Notes: a model not told the origin generated them from the sequence alone. DNA of 64,000 nt from a bacterium (GCA_021108295.1 JAIORF010000005.1:72531-136530), one strand, 5' to 3'; numbered from the stretch's first letter, positions 46,007 through 56,607 are shown. Made by a program: numbers and translations.

Positions 46007-46945
46007 CTACTTAGTACTCTCAATCCTACCCCAAGTCTTCTTAAAATCCTTCTTAATTACTCTCCTCTCCCAAAATATCCTAATCCATGTCCATAGCCTA
46101 ATAGGAAATAGGAGTAATGACCAGAAAAACTCCTTAATACTTTTTGCATACTTAAAAACAAAGAAAAAATACCCCAACTCAATACCAAAACTCCTACTCT
46201 GCTTATCCCTCTTGAAAACTCCATACTCTTCGAGTTGTATAAAACCGCCAATAGACCTAACCTTCTGTTTGAAATAATCACTAAGTGTAGTAGGGTACTT
46301 AACAAAACATTTTGAGTTAGGAGTATAACCAATCTCGTAACCCTCATTCCTTAAGGTATATGAAATAAAAGCATCATCAGAAAGTACATCCTCTGGAATA
46401 TCTATACCTATGCTTCTAATAGCCATAATATAGCCACTCATTGGGAAAAACTCCTTGTCACTCATGTAATAATCTGTACCCTCAACGAACTCCATAGTAC
46501 TTGTTCTTCTATGATGAGCACTATCTGAAAGTAAATGACCATAATAACCCATCTGACTATCTCTTACATCCATAGATACAGGTCGACCACTTACACCACC
46601 GACCTTCTTATCCTCGAAAGGTTTAAGAATTTCCTTTACAGCATTCCTCTCGAAGTATGTATCACCATCTGTGAATAGGAGAATGTCTCCCCTTGCTTTG
46701 TTGAGAGCTAACTTCAATGCATAAGGTTTACCCTTACAAGGATCTATTATCTGTATAAATTGCTTCTTATTTAAACCCAACCTATTAGCAACCTTCTTTC
46801 CAGCTTTAAGAGTTAAATCATCTGGGGATACCTGCAATATTTCAAAAGGGGATTGTATGCCTGAATACTTCCTGTTTGCAATACACTCTATACACTTACC
46901 TATACTCCTGGGCTCTTTGAAAGATGTAATGATTATAGTTATCAT
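46007..46945 (-). CDS. Family 2 glycosyltransferase
   Basis: ITIIITSFKEP..., ...LFTDGDTYFE (a DxD-type motif) and the GT-A fold pattern. Confidence 0.65.
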   Translation of the reverse strand: MITIIITSFKEPRSIGKCIECIANRKYSGIQSPFEILQVSPDDLTLKAGKKVANRLGLNKKQFIQIIDPCKGKPYALKLALNKARGDILLFTDGDTYFERNAVKEILKPFEDKKVGGVSGRPVSMDVRDSQMGYYGHLLSDSAHHRRTSTMEFVEGTDYYMSDKEFFPMSGYIMAIRSIGIDIPEDVLSDDAFISYTLRNEGYEIGYTPNSKCFVKYPTTLSDYFKQKVRSIGGFIQLEEYGVFKRDKQSRSFGIELGYFFFVFKYAKSIKEFFWSLLLFPIRLWTWIRIFWERRVIKKDFKKTWGRIESTK

Positions 46946-46981
46946 ACCTAATTATACATATTTAAACCTGATATCGGAATA

Positions 46982-47662
46982 CTACTCCTTAACCTCTTCC
47001 TCTCCACCTTCCTCTGTTGAAGCTTCCTCTTCGCCCTCTTCACCTTCCTCTACCTCAGTACCGTCATCCACCTCCTCATCTTCTTCCTCTTCCTCTATAA
47101 CCTCAATCTTTTGTAACTGAGTAATTGTAACAATTGTAGCAGTAGCATCCTTCTTATGAAGTAATTCTACATTCTTAGGTAATTCAATATCGTTCACACT
47201 AATGGTTTGACCTGGAACTTCTAAATTACCAACATTAAGTGTAATATTTGACACAAGGTTCTCTAACGTGCACCTTACAGTCAAAGAATCTAACACTTGA
47301 ACAAGAATACCGAGATTGTTTTTAACTGCAGGAGATACACCCTCCAAAGTGAAAGGTATTGTAAATATCATAGAATCCTTTGGATTTATCTCAAAAAATG
47401 CAACATGCAAGATATTATCTGTCCGTGGATCAATATCGAAATCTTTAACAATAGCTTTGTACTTTTCCTTACCTATTTCAACATCCAATACTGTAGTAGA
47501 AGTGGCAATCTTGTAGAGCTGTATTGCAGTACGCTTGTCAATTGATACATTAGTACTCTCACCCTTAGAATTATAGATAACTGATGGCACCAAATCCTCT
47601 TTTCGTAAAGACTTAATTTTCTTACCAACAAGCTCTCTTTTTTGTAGTACTATTTTCTCCAT
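46982..47662 (-). CDS. rplY: 50S ribosomal protein L25 / general stress protein Ctc with an acidic C-terminal tail
   Basis: MEKIVLQKRELVGKKIKSLRKEDLVPSVIYNSKGESTNVSIDKR... is the L25 beta-barrel. The C-terminal poly-E/G tail accounts for the CT-rich plus strand at 46982..47100. The start is the internal Met of ORF 46982..47683. Confidence 0.7.
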   Translation of the reverse strand: MEKIVLQKRELVGKKIKSLRKEDLVPSVIYNSKGESTNVSIDKRTAIQLYKIATSTTVLDVEIGKEKYKAIVKDFDIDPRTDNILHVAFFEINPKDSMIFTIPFTLEGVSPAVKNNLGILVQVLDSLTVRCTLENLVSNITLNVGNLEVPGQTISVNDIELPKNVELLHKKDATATIVTITQLQKIEVIEEEEEDEEVDDGTEVEEGEEGEEEASTEEGGEEEVKE

Positions 47663-47720
47663 AAGTAGGAAGAAGTATATCAAAGAATATGGTGTTTGGC
47701 AACAAGATTTTGTGTATAAC

Positions 47721-47776
47721 TTGACCTTTTCTTAATACTTCAATATACTTTAGCACCTAATATCACATCTTGCTAA
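47721..47776 (+). promoter_or_regulatory. hrcA promoter (TTGACC-N17-TATACT) followed at once by a CIRCE-like operator TTAGCACCT-N9-TCTTGCTAA
   Basis: -35 at 47721..47726, -10 at 47744..47749, inverted repeat at 47750..47776, ATG at 47778. Confidence 0.55.
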
Positions 47777-47777
47777 A

Positions 47778-48503
47778 ATGAGTATTACGGATAGACAAAA
47801 AAAAGTGCTAATGGCCATAATCCAGGAATTCATGGAAAACGCTGATGAAGTTGGATCTGTAGCTCTACTACAAAAATACAACCTTGGAGTAAGCTCGGCC
47901 ACTGTAAGAAATGAGATGGTAAGACTAATGGACGAAGGACTCCTTGAAAAAAGCCACATATCCTCTGGAAGATTCCCTACAGACCAAGCAATTAGAATGT
48001 ATGTTAAACAACGATTAGATGAATACAGTCCCAACCCCCTAGTTACGGTAGATATTAGACAAGGAATCTTTAGAGAAAGATTTAGTAAAGACTCTGTTAC
48101 ACACTCAATATTGCACATACTCTCAAAAGAAACAGACTCTATAGCGTTTGTAGTACTAGATGGAATACTTCGGTATTGGGGACTATCTAACCTGTTTAAG
48201 TATGAAGAATTAAATACTGCGAGGACAATCAAAAGTCTAATAGACATCTTGGAAGACCCTGTATTCCTCTCAAACTTATCTGAAAAATATGGAAGTTCTA
48301 GAGTATCACTCCTAATTGGTGAAGAATCTGGAGTAGAAGCACTAGAGGAGTGCTCAATTGCGTTTATCAACACACCATTCTGGAACACACAATCCTCCTT
48401 TGTAGGAATACTAGGCTCTAAAAGAATGGACTACCTCAAGGTAATACCCGTATTAAAGGAGGTAAGAAGTGCTCTACAAAGCTCTATGCATGGATGGAGT
48501 TAG
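47778..48503 (+). CDS. hrcA: Heat-inducible transcription repressor HrcA, short form
   Basis: The N-terminal winged helix reads LTDRQKKVLMAIIQEF...GSVALLQKYNLGVSSATVRNEMVRLMDEGLLEKSHISSGRFPT. Confidence 0.75.
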   Translation: MSITDRQKKVLMAIIQEFMENADEVGSVALLQKYNLGVSSATVRNEMVRLMDEGLLEKSHISSGRFPTDQAIRMYVKQRLDEYSPNPLVTVDIRQGIFRERFSKDSVTHSILHILSKETDSIAFVVLDGILRYWGLSNLFKYEELNTARTIKSLIDILEDPVFLSNLSEKYGSSRVSLLIGEESGVEALEECSIAFINTPFWNTQSSFVGILGSKRMDYLKVIPVLKEVRSALQSSMHGWS

Positions 48504-48510
48504 AAACCTC

Positions 48511-48567
48511 TTGACATTTCATATTCTACTTCATATACTCTTAGCAGTCCTAAGTTAACTCTGCTAA
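48511..48567 (+). promoter_or_regulatory. grpE promoter (TTGACA-N17-TATACT) followed at once by a CIRCE-like operator TTAGCAGTC-N9-CTCTGCTAA
   Basis: -35 at 48511..48516, -10 at 48534..48539, inverted repeat at 48541..48567, ATG at 48571. Confidence 0.55.
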
Positions 48568-48570
48568 GAA

Positions 48571-49089
48571 ATGCCTAAGAAAAAGAATGAAGAAATAAAG
48601 AAGAAGAAAGTTGAAACTCAAATACAACAACTGGCTCAAACTATAGATACGCTTGAAGACGAAAAGCTAGAAATTACCAACCAACTTAAAAGAGCATTGG
48701 CTGATTATCAAAATCTAGAAAAGAATACGGCTAAACTTACACACTTACGATTCTTACAAACCAAAAAAGGGCTAGCAGAAAACATCATACCAGTAGTAGA
48801 TGCTCTAACAATAGCGATTAAGACAAAAGAAGACCTAGAAATAGATGAAAAAACACAGGCTTGGGTAGCAGGAATAGTGGCGACAATTGAAAACCTAGAA
48901 AAAGTCTTTGTAGATATTGGATTAAAGAAATTCATACCTCAAAAAGGTAAAAAATTTGATCCAAATATCCATGAAGCCTTGACGACCGTCTCTGACGGCG
49001 AAAAGGGTCATATATATGACACTATCCAACCCGGATATACACTAGACGATGTGATAATTCGTCCAGCAAGGGTTGTAGTATCAAAATAG
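48571..49089 (+). CDS. grpE: Nucleotide exchange factor GrpE
   Basis: 172 aa with a coiled-coil N-terminus (...LKRALADYQNLEKNTAK...) and a C-terminal beta-domain. It is the hrcA-grpE-dnaK operon member. Confidence 0.75.
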   Translation: MPKKKNEEIKKKKVETQIQQLAQTIDTLEDEKLEITNQLKRALADYQNLEKNTAKLTHLRFLQTKKGLAENIIPVVDALTIAIKTKEDLEIDEKTQAWVAGIVATIENLEKVFVDIGLKKFIPQKGKKFDPNIHEALTTVSDGEKGHIYDTIQPGYTLDDVIIRPARVVVSK

Positions 49090-49111
49090 TTTAATTTTTT
49101 AATATATTAAT

Positions 49112-51016
49112 ATGGGAAAGATAATAGGAATAGACTTAGGAACAACAAACTCCGCTATGGCATACATGTCAGGTGGGAAACCTAACATAATTGCCAATTC
49201 ACAAGGAGGAAGATTAACTCCCTCTATTGTAGCGCAGGATGACAAAGGACAGATAATTGTAGGACAACCAGCAAAGAACCAAGCTGTAACCAATCCAGAG
49301 GGAACAATCTACTCCGTAAAGAGACTAATAGGTAGATCATGGAGTGATCCTGAGGTAAAGAAAGACAAAGAGCTCCTACCTTTCGAGATGAGGAAATCAA
49401 AAAGTGATGGAATTGAAGTTCAAATGGGAGACAAGTGGTACTCACCACAGGAGATATCTGCAAAGATATTAGGAAAACTTAAGAAAGACGCAGAAGACTT
49501 CTTGGGAGAAAAAGTAAAGGAAGTGGTAATAACGGTACCAGCATACTTCAACGACTCACAAAGACAAGCTACAAAAGACGCAGGTAAGATAGCAGGACTA
49601 GATGTAAAAAGAATAGTGAATGAACCGACAGCTGCTGCACTTGCATATGGATTGGATAATGATAAAGAAGAAAAAGTAGCAATATTTGACCTAGGAGGTG
49701 GTACATTTGATATTTCAATATTAGAAATAGGAGAAGGGGTATTTGAAGTACTTTCAACCAATGGAGACACACACCTTGGTGGAGACGACTTTGATCAATT
49801 AATCATTGACCATATCGTTAAAAACTTCGAAAAAGAGAATGCTATGGATCTTAGAAAAGATAAAACAGCATTACAAAGACTTAAGGAAGCAGCAGAAAAA
49901 GCAAAGATTGAACTCTCAAGCTCAGAGAAGACAGAGATTAACATTCCATACATAACTGCAGACGCTAATGGCCCAAAGCATCTTAAAATGGATATAACAA
50001 GGGCAGATTTAGAAAAACTTACATCAACCTTAATAGATAGCACTATTCAACCATGTGAGAAAGCCCTAAAAGATGCAAAACTTAAAGTAGAGGATATTGA
50101 TCAGATTTTACTAGTTGGAGGTATGACAAGAATGCCAGCTGTAGAAAAGAAAGTTAAAGAATTCTTTAAGAAGGAGCTCAACAAAAGTGTAAATCCTGAT
50201 GAGGTAGTAGCAGTAGGAGCTGCAATTCAGGGTGGAGTATTAGGAGGTGATGTAAAAGGTATTACACTACTTGATGTAACTCCTCTTTCGTTTGGTCTTG
50301 AAACTTTAGGCGGGGTGATGACAAAACTCATTGATAGGAACACAACTATTCCTGTAGAAAAGAAACAGATATTCTCCACTGCTGCAGACAATCAACCAGG
50401 TGTGGAAATCCATATATTGCAAGGAGAAAGAGATATGGTTGGGGATAACAAGACCTTGGGGAGATTTGTACTGGATGGGATCCCACCTGCTCCAAGAGGG
50501 ATACCTCAAATAGAGGTTACATTCTCCATAGACGCAAATGGGATACTGGATGTAAAAGCAAAGGATATGGCAACCAGTAAAGAACAACATATTACAATTA
50601 CAGCTTCAACCAGTCTTAAAGAAGAAGAAATTGAAAAAATGGTAGAAGAGGCTGCTAAGTATGCAGATGAGGACAAGAAGAAGAGAGAGAGAATTGAGAA
50701 GAGGAATAATGCAGACTCCCTATGTTTTAGTATAGAGAAGCTTCTCGAAGAGAGTGAGGATAAGGTAGAGGATAGTGAAAAGGAAGATTTAGAAAAGGAT
50801 GTCAAAGAACTGAAGGAATTAATTGCTAAAGAAGACTTTGATGAGGAAGAGGTAGAGAAGAAAACAGAGGAATTAACAAAGAAGATGCAGGAAGTAAGTA
50901 AGAAGATGTATGAGGCTGCAGCTAAGGAGGCTAGTGAAGAGAAAGAGGATGAGAAAAAGGATGAAGAAGACGATAAGAAAGAGGTAAAAGAAGGGGAAGT
51001 TGTAGACGAAGATTAG
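49112..51016 (+). CDS. dnaK: Chaperone DnaK (Hsp70)
   Basis: [28 protein letters not shown] and an acidic C-terminal tail. Confidence 0.9.
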   Translation: MGKIIGIDLGTTNSAMAYMSGGKPNIIANSQGGRLTPSIVAQDDKGQIIVGQPAKNQAVTNPEGTIYSVKRLIGRSWSDPEVKKDKELLPFEMRKSKSDGIEVQMGDKWYSPQEISAKILGKLKKDAEDFLGEKVKEVVITVPAYFNDSQRQATKDAGKIAGLDVKRIVNEPTAAALAYGLDNDKEEKVAIFDLGGGTFDISILEIGEGVFEVLSTNGDTHLGGDDFDQLIIDHIVKNFEKENAMDLRKDKTALQRLKEAAEKAKIELSSSEKTEINIPYITADANGPKHLKMDITRADLEKLTSTLIDSTIQPCEKALKDAKLKVEDIDQILLVGGMTRMPAVEKKVKEFFKKELNKSVNPDEVVAVGAAIQGGVLGGDVKGITLLDVTPLSFGLETLGGVMTKLIDRNTTIPVEKKQIFSTAADNQPGVEIHILQGERDMVGDNKTLGRFVLDGIPPAPRGIPQIEVTFSIDANGILDVKAKDMATSKEQHITITASTSLKEEEIEKMVEEAAKYADEDKKKRERIEKRNNADSLCFSIEKLLEESEDKVEDSEKEDLEKDVKELKELIAKEDFDEEEVEKKTEELTKKMQEVSKKMYEAAAKEASEEKEDEKKDEEDDKKEVKEGEVVDED

Positions 51017-51089
51017 AAAATAAGAGATTTGGTATTGTGCTAGGCTTGTGATACCATTAGGTATTAACTTGCCTAAGTAATAACTCTTT

Positions 51090-53330
51090 ATGTCAAAGAC
51101 TAAGAAGCACAATATCAACACTGTAATGGTGTCTATTCAGAGATATTGTTTATATACTCTCCTAGCAATAATACCTATTGCTATACTGCCATTCCCATGG
51201 GATTTTACAGAAAAGGGAATGAGTATTACAATACTAGCTTTTACTATAGTAATAGTAGCCCTTGAAGTGATTAAAGTGCTGTGGTCTGGGAAGTTTGTAT
51301 CCCTAAAAAGGAATACGGACATTATTCTCTTCGCCCTATTTGTGTCATTTCTTCTTACTACAGTATTTGCATTTGATTCCAACCTCAGCCTTTTTGGTTT
51401 TGACTACCAATTTGCTTCTGGATTAGTAGGAGTAGGATCAATTTTAATACTTACTTTCCTCTTAAGAAGTTTCATATTGAAAAAGGAAGATATTGCTGGT
51501 GTAATAACTGCCTTTCTAGTAGGAAGTGTTCTTGCCTCCTTGCTAAGTCTTATATCCATATTTGGTGGAAATATATTAGGTATATTCCCTAGGTTCAGCT
51601 CTCTCTTTTCCGTAGGTTTTCCTATCATTGGTGCTCCAGTAGTATTGGTTATATATAATGGAATTTCTATAATATTAGCTAAAATTTCCCTAGAGATACT
51701 CAAAGACAAGAAAATAAAAAATAGTAGTTGGTTTTCAATTATTGCAATTATTATAAATGGAATATCTCTACTGCTATTTTCCATAGACCCGATATCTTTA
51801 ATAATATCTGTTGTATTCTTGGTTATATGGGTAGTGATTTCTCTCATACAATTGAGTAAGGAAAAAGCTTCTACAGTTAAATCTAGAATAATGGAGTTAC
51901 TTCTTCCAGTAACTCTTGTGACAGCTGTGCTATTAATTCAGATAGAGGCTATATCAGACTTAATTCTTAAGCATACAGAAATCCTATCCCCACTAACCCT
52001 CTCAAGTGATGTTAATTGGCAAATAGTATCTCAATCCCTTATGTTCTCTCTTAAAAATGGGATATTGGGTGTTGGTCTAGATTCATTTGCTTCTGTATTT
52101 ACTACATTGAAACCACTAGTTCTTACAAATGTAGAATTTGCAAATGGATTTAACGAAATATTAACATCACTGTCTAATGGAGGATTCCTCTGGTTAATAA
52201 TTTGGTTAGTATTAGGTTGGTATATCCTGAAAGATTTACTTCATGATGTGAAGACGTACAAAGCAAAAAAGAAGGAGTTAGTTCTCTTTGATGCAGTACT
52301 TCTTTTTATATTTATTACCTCCTTTATCACAACATATACCACAATATTAAGATTTGCTTTCTTTCTAATTATATCCTTGAGTGTTGTTATGAGGAGTTTA
52401 ATTAGTAGTGAAGAGGTAGAAAATCTGCTACTTAAGATATGGGCAATGGGTACAGGCAAGAAGAAGGGTCGGAATGCTCCAACTGTTTCTATCTTTATAA
52501 CCGTGATTACCGTATTAATAGCACTACTACTTTTATTCAAACTGGGAAGTATTACACTGTCTAGTTTGTATGTACTCAGAGCAGAAAATTACATCATCGA
52601 GGAAAATAAGAAATATGTCGAAGTTACTCCTACCTTGGAACAGAGATCTGAATTTGTAGACACTTTGTATAATTGGTATTTACAAGCGCTTAAGTATGAC
52701 TTAGGGAATCCCCTTGTTAACAGAAAGTTTAGCCTCATAGCTGTTGATAAAATGGATATAACATTCTCATTGTATGAAGAAGAGGAAGACGAAGGATTGC
52801 TAGATGAAATTGTGATACTTAGAAATCAAGCTTTTGAATACAGTAAGACCGCAATCAATATCTCTCCATCTCTATACTCTAGTTACAACAATAGAGCTCT
52901 AATATATCTAGGTCTTGTGAATCTAGGCTATACAGATTATATAAGAGATGGACTCTCTGCAGTAAATGATGCTATTGATCTTAAACCTACTGATTATCAA
53001 AACTACTTCCATATGGCGCAACTGTATTACCTTCTAGAGGATTACGATTCTGCATTTGATGCCTCTTCGCAGACTATATCTATAAACGGAGTATATATTC
53101 CTGCTTTAATTATGTCTGCCAATATTAGTGGGATTCAAGAGAATACAGAGGTACAACTAGCATATCTAGAAGCTATTAAGATAATTCTGGAGACAGATAA
53201 TCTACAAGATGCTCAACTATACTTAGATACTGTAGAACAAATTGAAATAATAAAGGGGGAAGAGAGTTTTACACAAGAGGATCTTGTTGACGAAGATATT
53301 GATAACGAGGTTTCCCTCGAAACAGAGTAA
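51090..53330 (+). CDS. Large polytopic membrane protein (~12 TM) with a C-terminal TPR-like soluble domain; possibly O-antigen ligase/polymerase-like
   Basis: 746 aa with many TM helices over the first ~430 aa. The C-terminal ~300 aa holds helical repeats (...YQNYFHMAQLYYLLEDYDSAFDAS...). The Wzy_C motif is not clearly conserved. Confidence 0.35.
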   Translation: MSKTKKHNINTVMVSIQRYCLYTLLAIIPIAILPFPWDFTEKGMSITILAFTIVIVALEVIKVLWSGKFVSLKRNTDIILFALFVSFLLTTVFAFDSNLSLFGFDYQFASGLVGVGSILILTFLLRSFILKKEDIAGVITAFLVGSVLASLLSLISIFGGNILGIFPRFSSLFSVGFPIIGAPVVLVIYNGISIILAKISLEILKDKKIKNSSWFSIIAIIINGISLLLFSIDPISLIISVVFLVIWVVISLIQLSKEKASTVKSRIMELLLPVTLVTAVLLIQIEAISDLILKHTEILSPLTLSSDVNWQIVSQSLMFSLKNGILGVGLDSFASVFTTLKPLVLTNVEFANGFNEILTSLSNGGFLWLIIWLVLGWYILKDLLHDVKTYKAKKKELVLFDAVLLFIFITSFITTYTTILRFAFFLIISLSVVMRSLISSEEVENLLLKIWAMGTGKKKGRNAPTVSIFITVITVLIALLLLFKLGSITLSSLYVLRAENYIIEENKKYVEVTPTLEQRSEFVDTLYNWYLQALKYDLGNPLVNRKFSLIAVDKMDITFSLYEEEEDEGLLDEIVILRNQAFEYSKTAINISPSLYSSYNNRALIYLGLVNLGYTDYIRDGLSAVNDAIDLKPTDYQNYFHMAQLYYLLEDYDSAFDASSQTISINGVYIPALIMSANISGIQENTEVQLAYLEAIKIILETDNLQDAQLYLDTVEQIEIIKGEESFTQEDLVDEDIDNEVSLETE

Positions 53331-53973
53331 TTGCATAAATATGATTACCTTTTAGGGAATGACAAGCACGGTTAAGGGTAGTACCTGTAGAAATGACATC
53401 ATCTATTAGTATTATATCCTCTCCGACCATCTTTTTACCGTTATTGATTTTAAAGATATCTTTTTCTAAATATCCCCTATCTCTTAAACTTTGTTGTGAT
53501 TGATGCTTATCACCCCCTATTCTTTTTAGAATATTAGAATCAATTCTACATTTGTAGTAATTGGAAATATTGGTTGCAAGGAGGGACGATTGATTAAATC
53601 CTCTCTCTTTCTCATGTGAAGAGTGGAGAGGAATAGGTATGAGGAGAGTCTGTGAAGTTATATTTTTTGCAAAACCAGTTATCTCCAATCTTGTGATAAG
53701 GAGGGAGGAAAGTATTGCAGAGAGTTTGTATGCATATCGGTATTTATACTGGGAGAGTATCTTCTTAGAAATATTTCCATACTCCCATCCTACAAACACC
53801 TTATCAAGATCTTCCTTGTTACAATTCTCATGAGTAGTATACCCACTAGATAGTTTTCTACAAACATAGCATTCTGGTAGAGTACTTTTTAGTTTCTTAA
53901 TACAGAGAGGGCAGAGGTAATTACCAATACTTCCACAGTTGACACAGTAGGTTGGGAAGAGAAAATCTAGCAT
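53269..53973 (-). CDS. comFC: ComF-family protein (double zinc ribbon + phosphoribosyltransferase domain)
   Basis: An N-terminal CVNCGS...CPLC...CYVCRK, and a PRTase motif IILIDDVISTGTTL. Confidence 0.65.
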   Translation of the reverse strand: MLDFLFPTYCVNCGSIGNYLCPLCIKKLKSTLPECYVCRKLSSGYTTHENCNKEDLDKVFVGWEYGNISKKILSQYKYRYAYKLSAILSSLLITRLEITGFAKNITSQTLLIPIPLHSSHEKERGFNQSSLLATNISNYYKCRIDSNILKRIGGDKHQSQQSLRDRGYLEKDIFKINNGKKMVGEDIILIDDVISTGTTLNRACHSLKGNHIYAITLFRGKPRYQYLRQQDPLV

Positions 53974-54082
53974 AATGTATTATATATCTTGATTATGAAC
54001 ATATGATGAACAAGGTTGCTAATTCTTTTAACATAATTTATGATATTATCACTATCATATTTAACGCTTATTAAACACACTT

Positions 54083-55870
54083 GTGGTAAAAAAGAACGGC
54101 ATTGTCTCTGTAATGGGATTGTTATTCCTTACGAAAATACTCGGTTTTGTGAAATTGAGAATAGTTGCTCAACTTTTTGGTGCATCACATGAATTAGACA
54201 TCTTTTGGGCAGCATTCACTATCCCAGATATTATATTCCTAGTAATTGTGGCAGGTTCTGTAAATGCAGCCATTATCCCAATTCTTACGGACATGCTCTA
54301 CGACAAGGGTAAGAAGTCTTTGAATATGCTGTTTAATAAATTGACAGTATTGTTTGCGAGTGTAATCATGATTTTTGTTACTATCCTTTTCATATTCACT
54401 CCACAGATTGCACAGTGGTTGATATCTTCAAATAGTACTGCAGGATTAATATTTGATCTCTCAGGTACTCTTCAGGCGTCGGATATATCTAGCTTTATCA
54501 GTATCATGAGAATAGGGTTAATATCTCCTTTCTTTTTAGGACTTAGTGCTTTTGTAACTGCTTACTTGCAGGTTAGAAAACAATTTTTTGTTACAGCCTT
54601 AGCCCCTGTATTTTACAATCTTGCAATGATTGTTTGTCCTCTCCTTTTTGTTAAATATGGAGGTATGGGAGTAAATGGGTTAGCACTTGCTTCAATTGTA
54701 GGTACAACATTACATTTGGGTATACAGATACCTTTATTCCTGAAATATTACAAAGAGGGCAGAGTTGATTTTAGAGAGAGTATTAGAGGGATATTTAGAG
54801 ATAGTTCTGTCATTAGAGCTCTTAAATTGGCGACTCCTAGAGTTTTATCAATACTTGGTGAGCAGTTTAGTGTTGTTGTGAATACTGTAATTAGTTTTAC
54901 GCTTACTGCAGGTACACTTAGTGCTTACAAGTTCGCGTTTAGTTTACATATGTTCCCAATTAATATCATAGGGAGTGCTGTAGCGCAGGTTACACTACCC
55001 GATTTAGCAAAGTTGAGTAGAGAGAAGGATAGAGGGGAGTTTAAGGTGGTGCTTAATAATGCGATACAGTTCGCTATGTATTTGGTGTTACCGATTGTCT
55101 CGGTGTTAATGATCTTAAGACTTCCAATAGTGCGTCTTACATTTGGTTCTGGAGCTTTTGATTGGGAAGATACACTTCTTACTTCTTGGTGTCTTGTACT
55201 TCTTGGACTATCTATTCTTGGTCAAACCTTGATGCAGATTATTATGAGAGCATTTTATGCACTCAAAGATACATGGAAGGCTTTGATAATTACAGTAGTA
55301 GGTATTGCGATTAATCTCTTTTGTGTATATTTCATTACCAACTTCTTTAGTCATTACTACGATTGGAGAATAATATTGGATCAGATTATATATCAAATAT
55401 CTACTGCAAATGGTGCTGGACTTGGACCTGTCATTGAGAGTTTCCTCAAGGATATGTGGAGTTGGATGACAGTGAGGGGAGATTCTTCTTTGGCTGTAGG
55501 AGGTCTCGCTATTGGAGTGAGTATGGCATATTTGGTTGAGACTATAGTTGGTTTTTGGTATTTGAATAGGATAACGGAGACACAGTTAATATCTTGGAAA
55601 GAGACTGTTAAGCCAATATTTCTTAAAATATTAAACGCCGCCATTATGGCTATCGGTATGTATTTTGTATTTAAGATATTTGATCTTCAATTAGATACTT
55701 CTAGAACAGTATGGGTGCTTTTACTTACAGTGGTTACTAGTATATATGGTGGGATATCATACCTACTTGGATCATATCTTTTCAGGATAGAAGAGTTTGA
55801 ATATATTAAGGAGTATGGTGTAGGGCTGTTAAGTAATTTTAAGAAGAGGGTATTTAAAAAGAATGCGTAA
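54083..55870 (+). CDS. murJ: Lipid II flippase MurJ/MviN
   Basis: A 14-TM MOP-family pattern with ...GLLFLTKILGFVKLRIVAQLFGASHELDIFWAAFTIPD.... The start may be the ATG at 54113 rather than GTG 54083. Confidence 0.75.
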   Translation: MVKKNGIVSVMGLLFLTKILGFVKLRIVAQLFGASHELDIFWAAFTIPDIIFLVIVAGSVNAAIIPILTDMLYDKGKKSLNMLFNKLTVLFASVIMIFVTILFIFTPQIAQWLISSNSTAGLIFDLSGTLQASDISSFISIMRIGLISPFFLGLSAFVTAYLQVRKQFFVTALAPVFYNLAMIVCPLLFVKYGGMGVNGLALASIVGTTLHLGIQIPLFLKYYKEGRVDFRESIRGIFRDSSVIRALKLATPRVLSILGEQFSVVVNTVISFTLTAGTLSAYKFAFSLHMFPINIIGSAVAQVTLPDLAKLSREKDRGEFKVVLNNAIQFAMYLVLPIVSVLMILRLPIVRLTFGSGAFDWEDTLLTSWCLVLLGLSILGQTLMQIIMRAFYALKDTWKALIITVVGIAINLFCVYFITNFFSHYYDWRIILDQIIYQISTANGAGLGPVIESFLKDMWSWMTVRGDSSLAVGGLAIGVSMAYLVETIVGFWYLNRITETQLISWKETVKPIFLKILNAAIMAIGMYFVFKIFDLQLDTSRTVWVLLLTVVTSIYGGISYLLGSYLFRIEEFEYIKEYGVGLLSNFKKRVFKKNA

Positions 55871-56480
55871 ATTTCTAAAGTTTGTAGGTATTGTAATCCT
55901 TTGTCTTTTACTTCTATTTCTTTCATTACTTCTCTTTGTCATTCTTAAATCAAGGTCTTGGGAAAAAGGTTTTGTAGATGATCTTAATTCGCAATATCTA
56001 GTGAGTGAGGGTTTGGTGTTTGAGGATGCGATGGATGAGAAGATAGAGGGGTATGTATTGAGTGGTAGTGATACTGAGTTTGTTACATTTACACCTACGG
56101 AGGTTTCTCAACTTCTGTTTAGTAGTGTTTCCGATATGGTTGGAGAGAGTGGTTTGAGTATTACAAATGTGTATGTAGAGCCTGCTGTAGGTAATTGGAG
56201 TGTGTGTGGTAGGTTTGAGTTAGTGGAAGTCAAGGGAATTCATACATGGGTTTGTGTTGATGTGAGTAAGGATAGTATGCAGACGGCACAGCTCTTTTTA
56301 GAGGATATACAGTTTCAGGGGTTTAGTGTGAGTAAGATATATCCCAAGCTTCTAATTTTGGCTAATCAGGGTATTGCAGAGGCTTTAGTTACTACCAATG
56401 AGAATGGGTTTGTAGGAAGAATATTTGAGAATATTGAGTTGTTGGAAGAGGGGTTAGTAGTAAAGGGGAGTTTGTATTAG
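55863..56480 (+). CDS. Hypothetical N-terminally anchored protein (205 aa)
   Basis: TM VGIVILCLLLLFLSLLLFVIL then an acidic domain. It overlaps the murJ end by 8 nt. Confidence 0.3.
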   Translation: MRKFLKFVGIVILCLLLLFLSLLLFVILKSRSWEKGFVDDLNSQYLVSEGLVFEDAMDEKIEGYVLSGSDTEFVTFTPTEVSQLLFSSVSDMVGESGLSITNVYVEPAVGNWSVCGRFELVEVKGIHTWVCVDVSKDSMQTAQLFLEDIQFQGFSVSKIYPKLLILANQGIAEALVTTNENGFVGRIFENIELLEEGLVVKGSLY

Positions 56481-56527
56481 TTAACTACATCTTTAGCGAC
56501 GTTTTTCATATCAGGTTCGTCAATTTC

Positions 56528-56585
56528 TTGACATTTTCGCCACTTCCTTTTAGAATACTTAGCAGTTAATTTATTCTCTTGCTAA
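56528..56585 (+). promoter_or_regulatory. groESL promoter (TTGACA-N17-TAGAAT) followed by a CIRCE-like operator TTAGCAGTT-N9-TCTTGCTAA
   Basis: -35 at 56528..56533, -10 at 56551..56556, inverted repeat at 56559..56585, ATG at 56608. Confidence 0.55.
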
Positions 56586-56607
56586 TTTAAATTGTTAAGA
56601 TATATAA

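Noticed and set aside
51017-51089. Terminator after dnaK (GGTAT...ATACC)
   Set aside because: The stem is only 5 bp with a long loop and no U-tract. It is not convincing.
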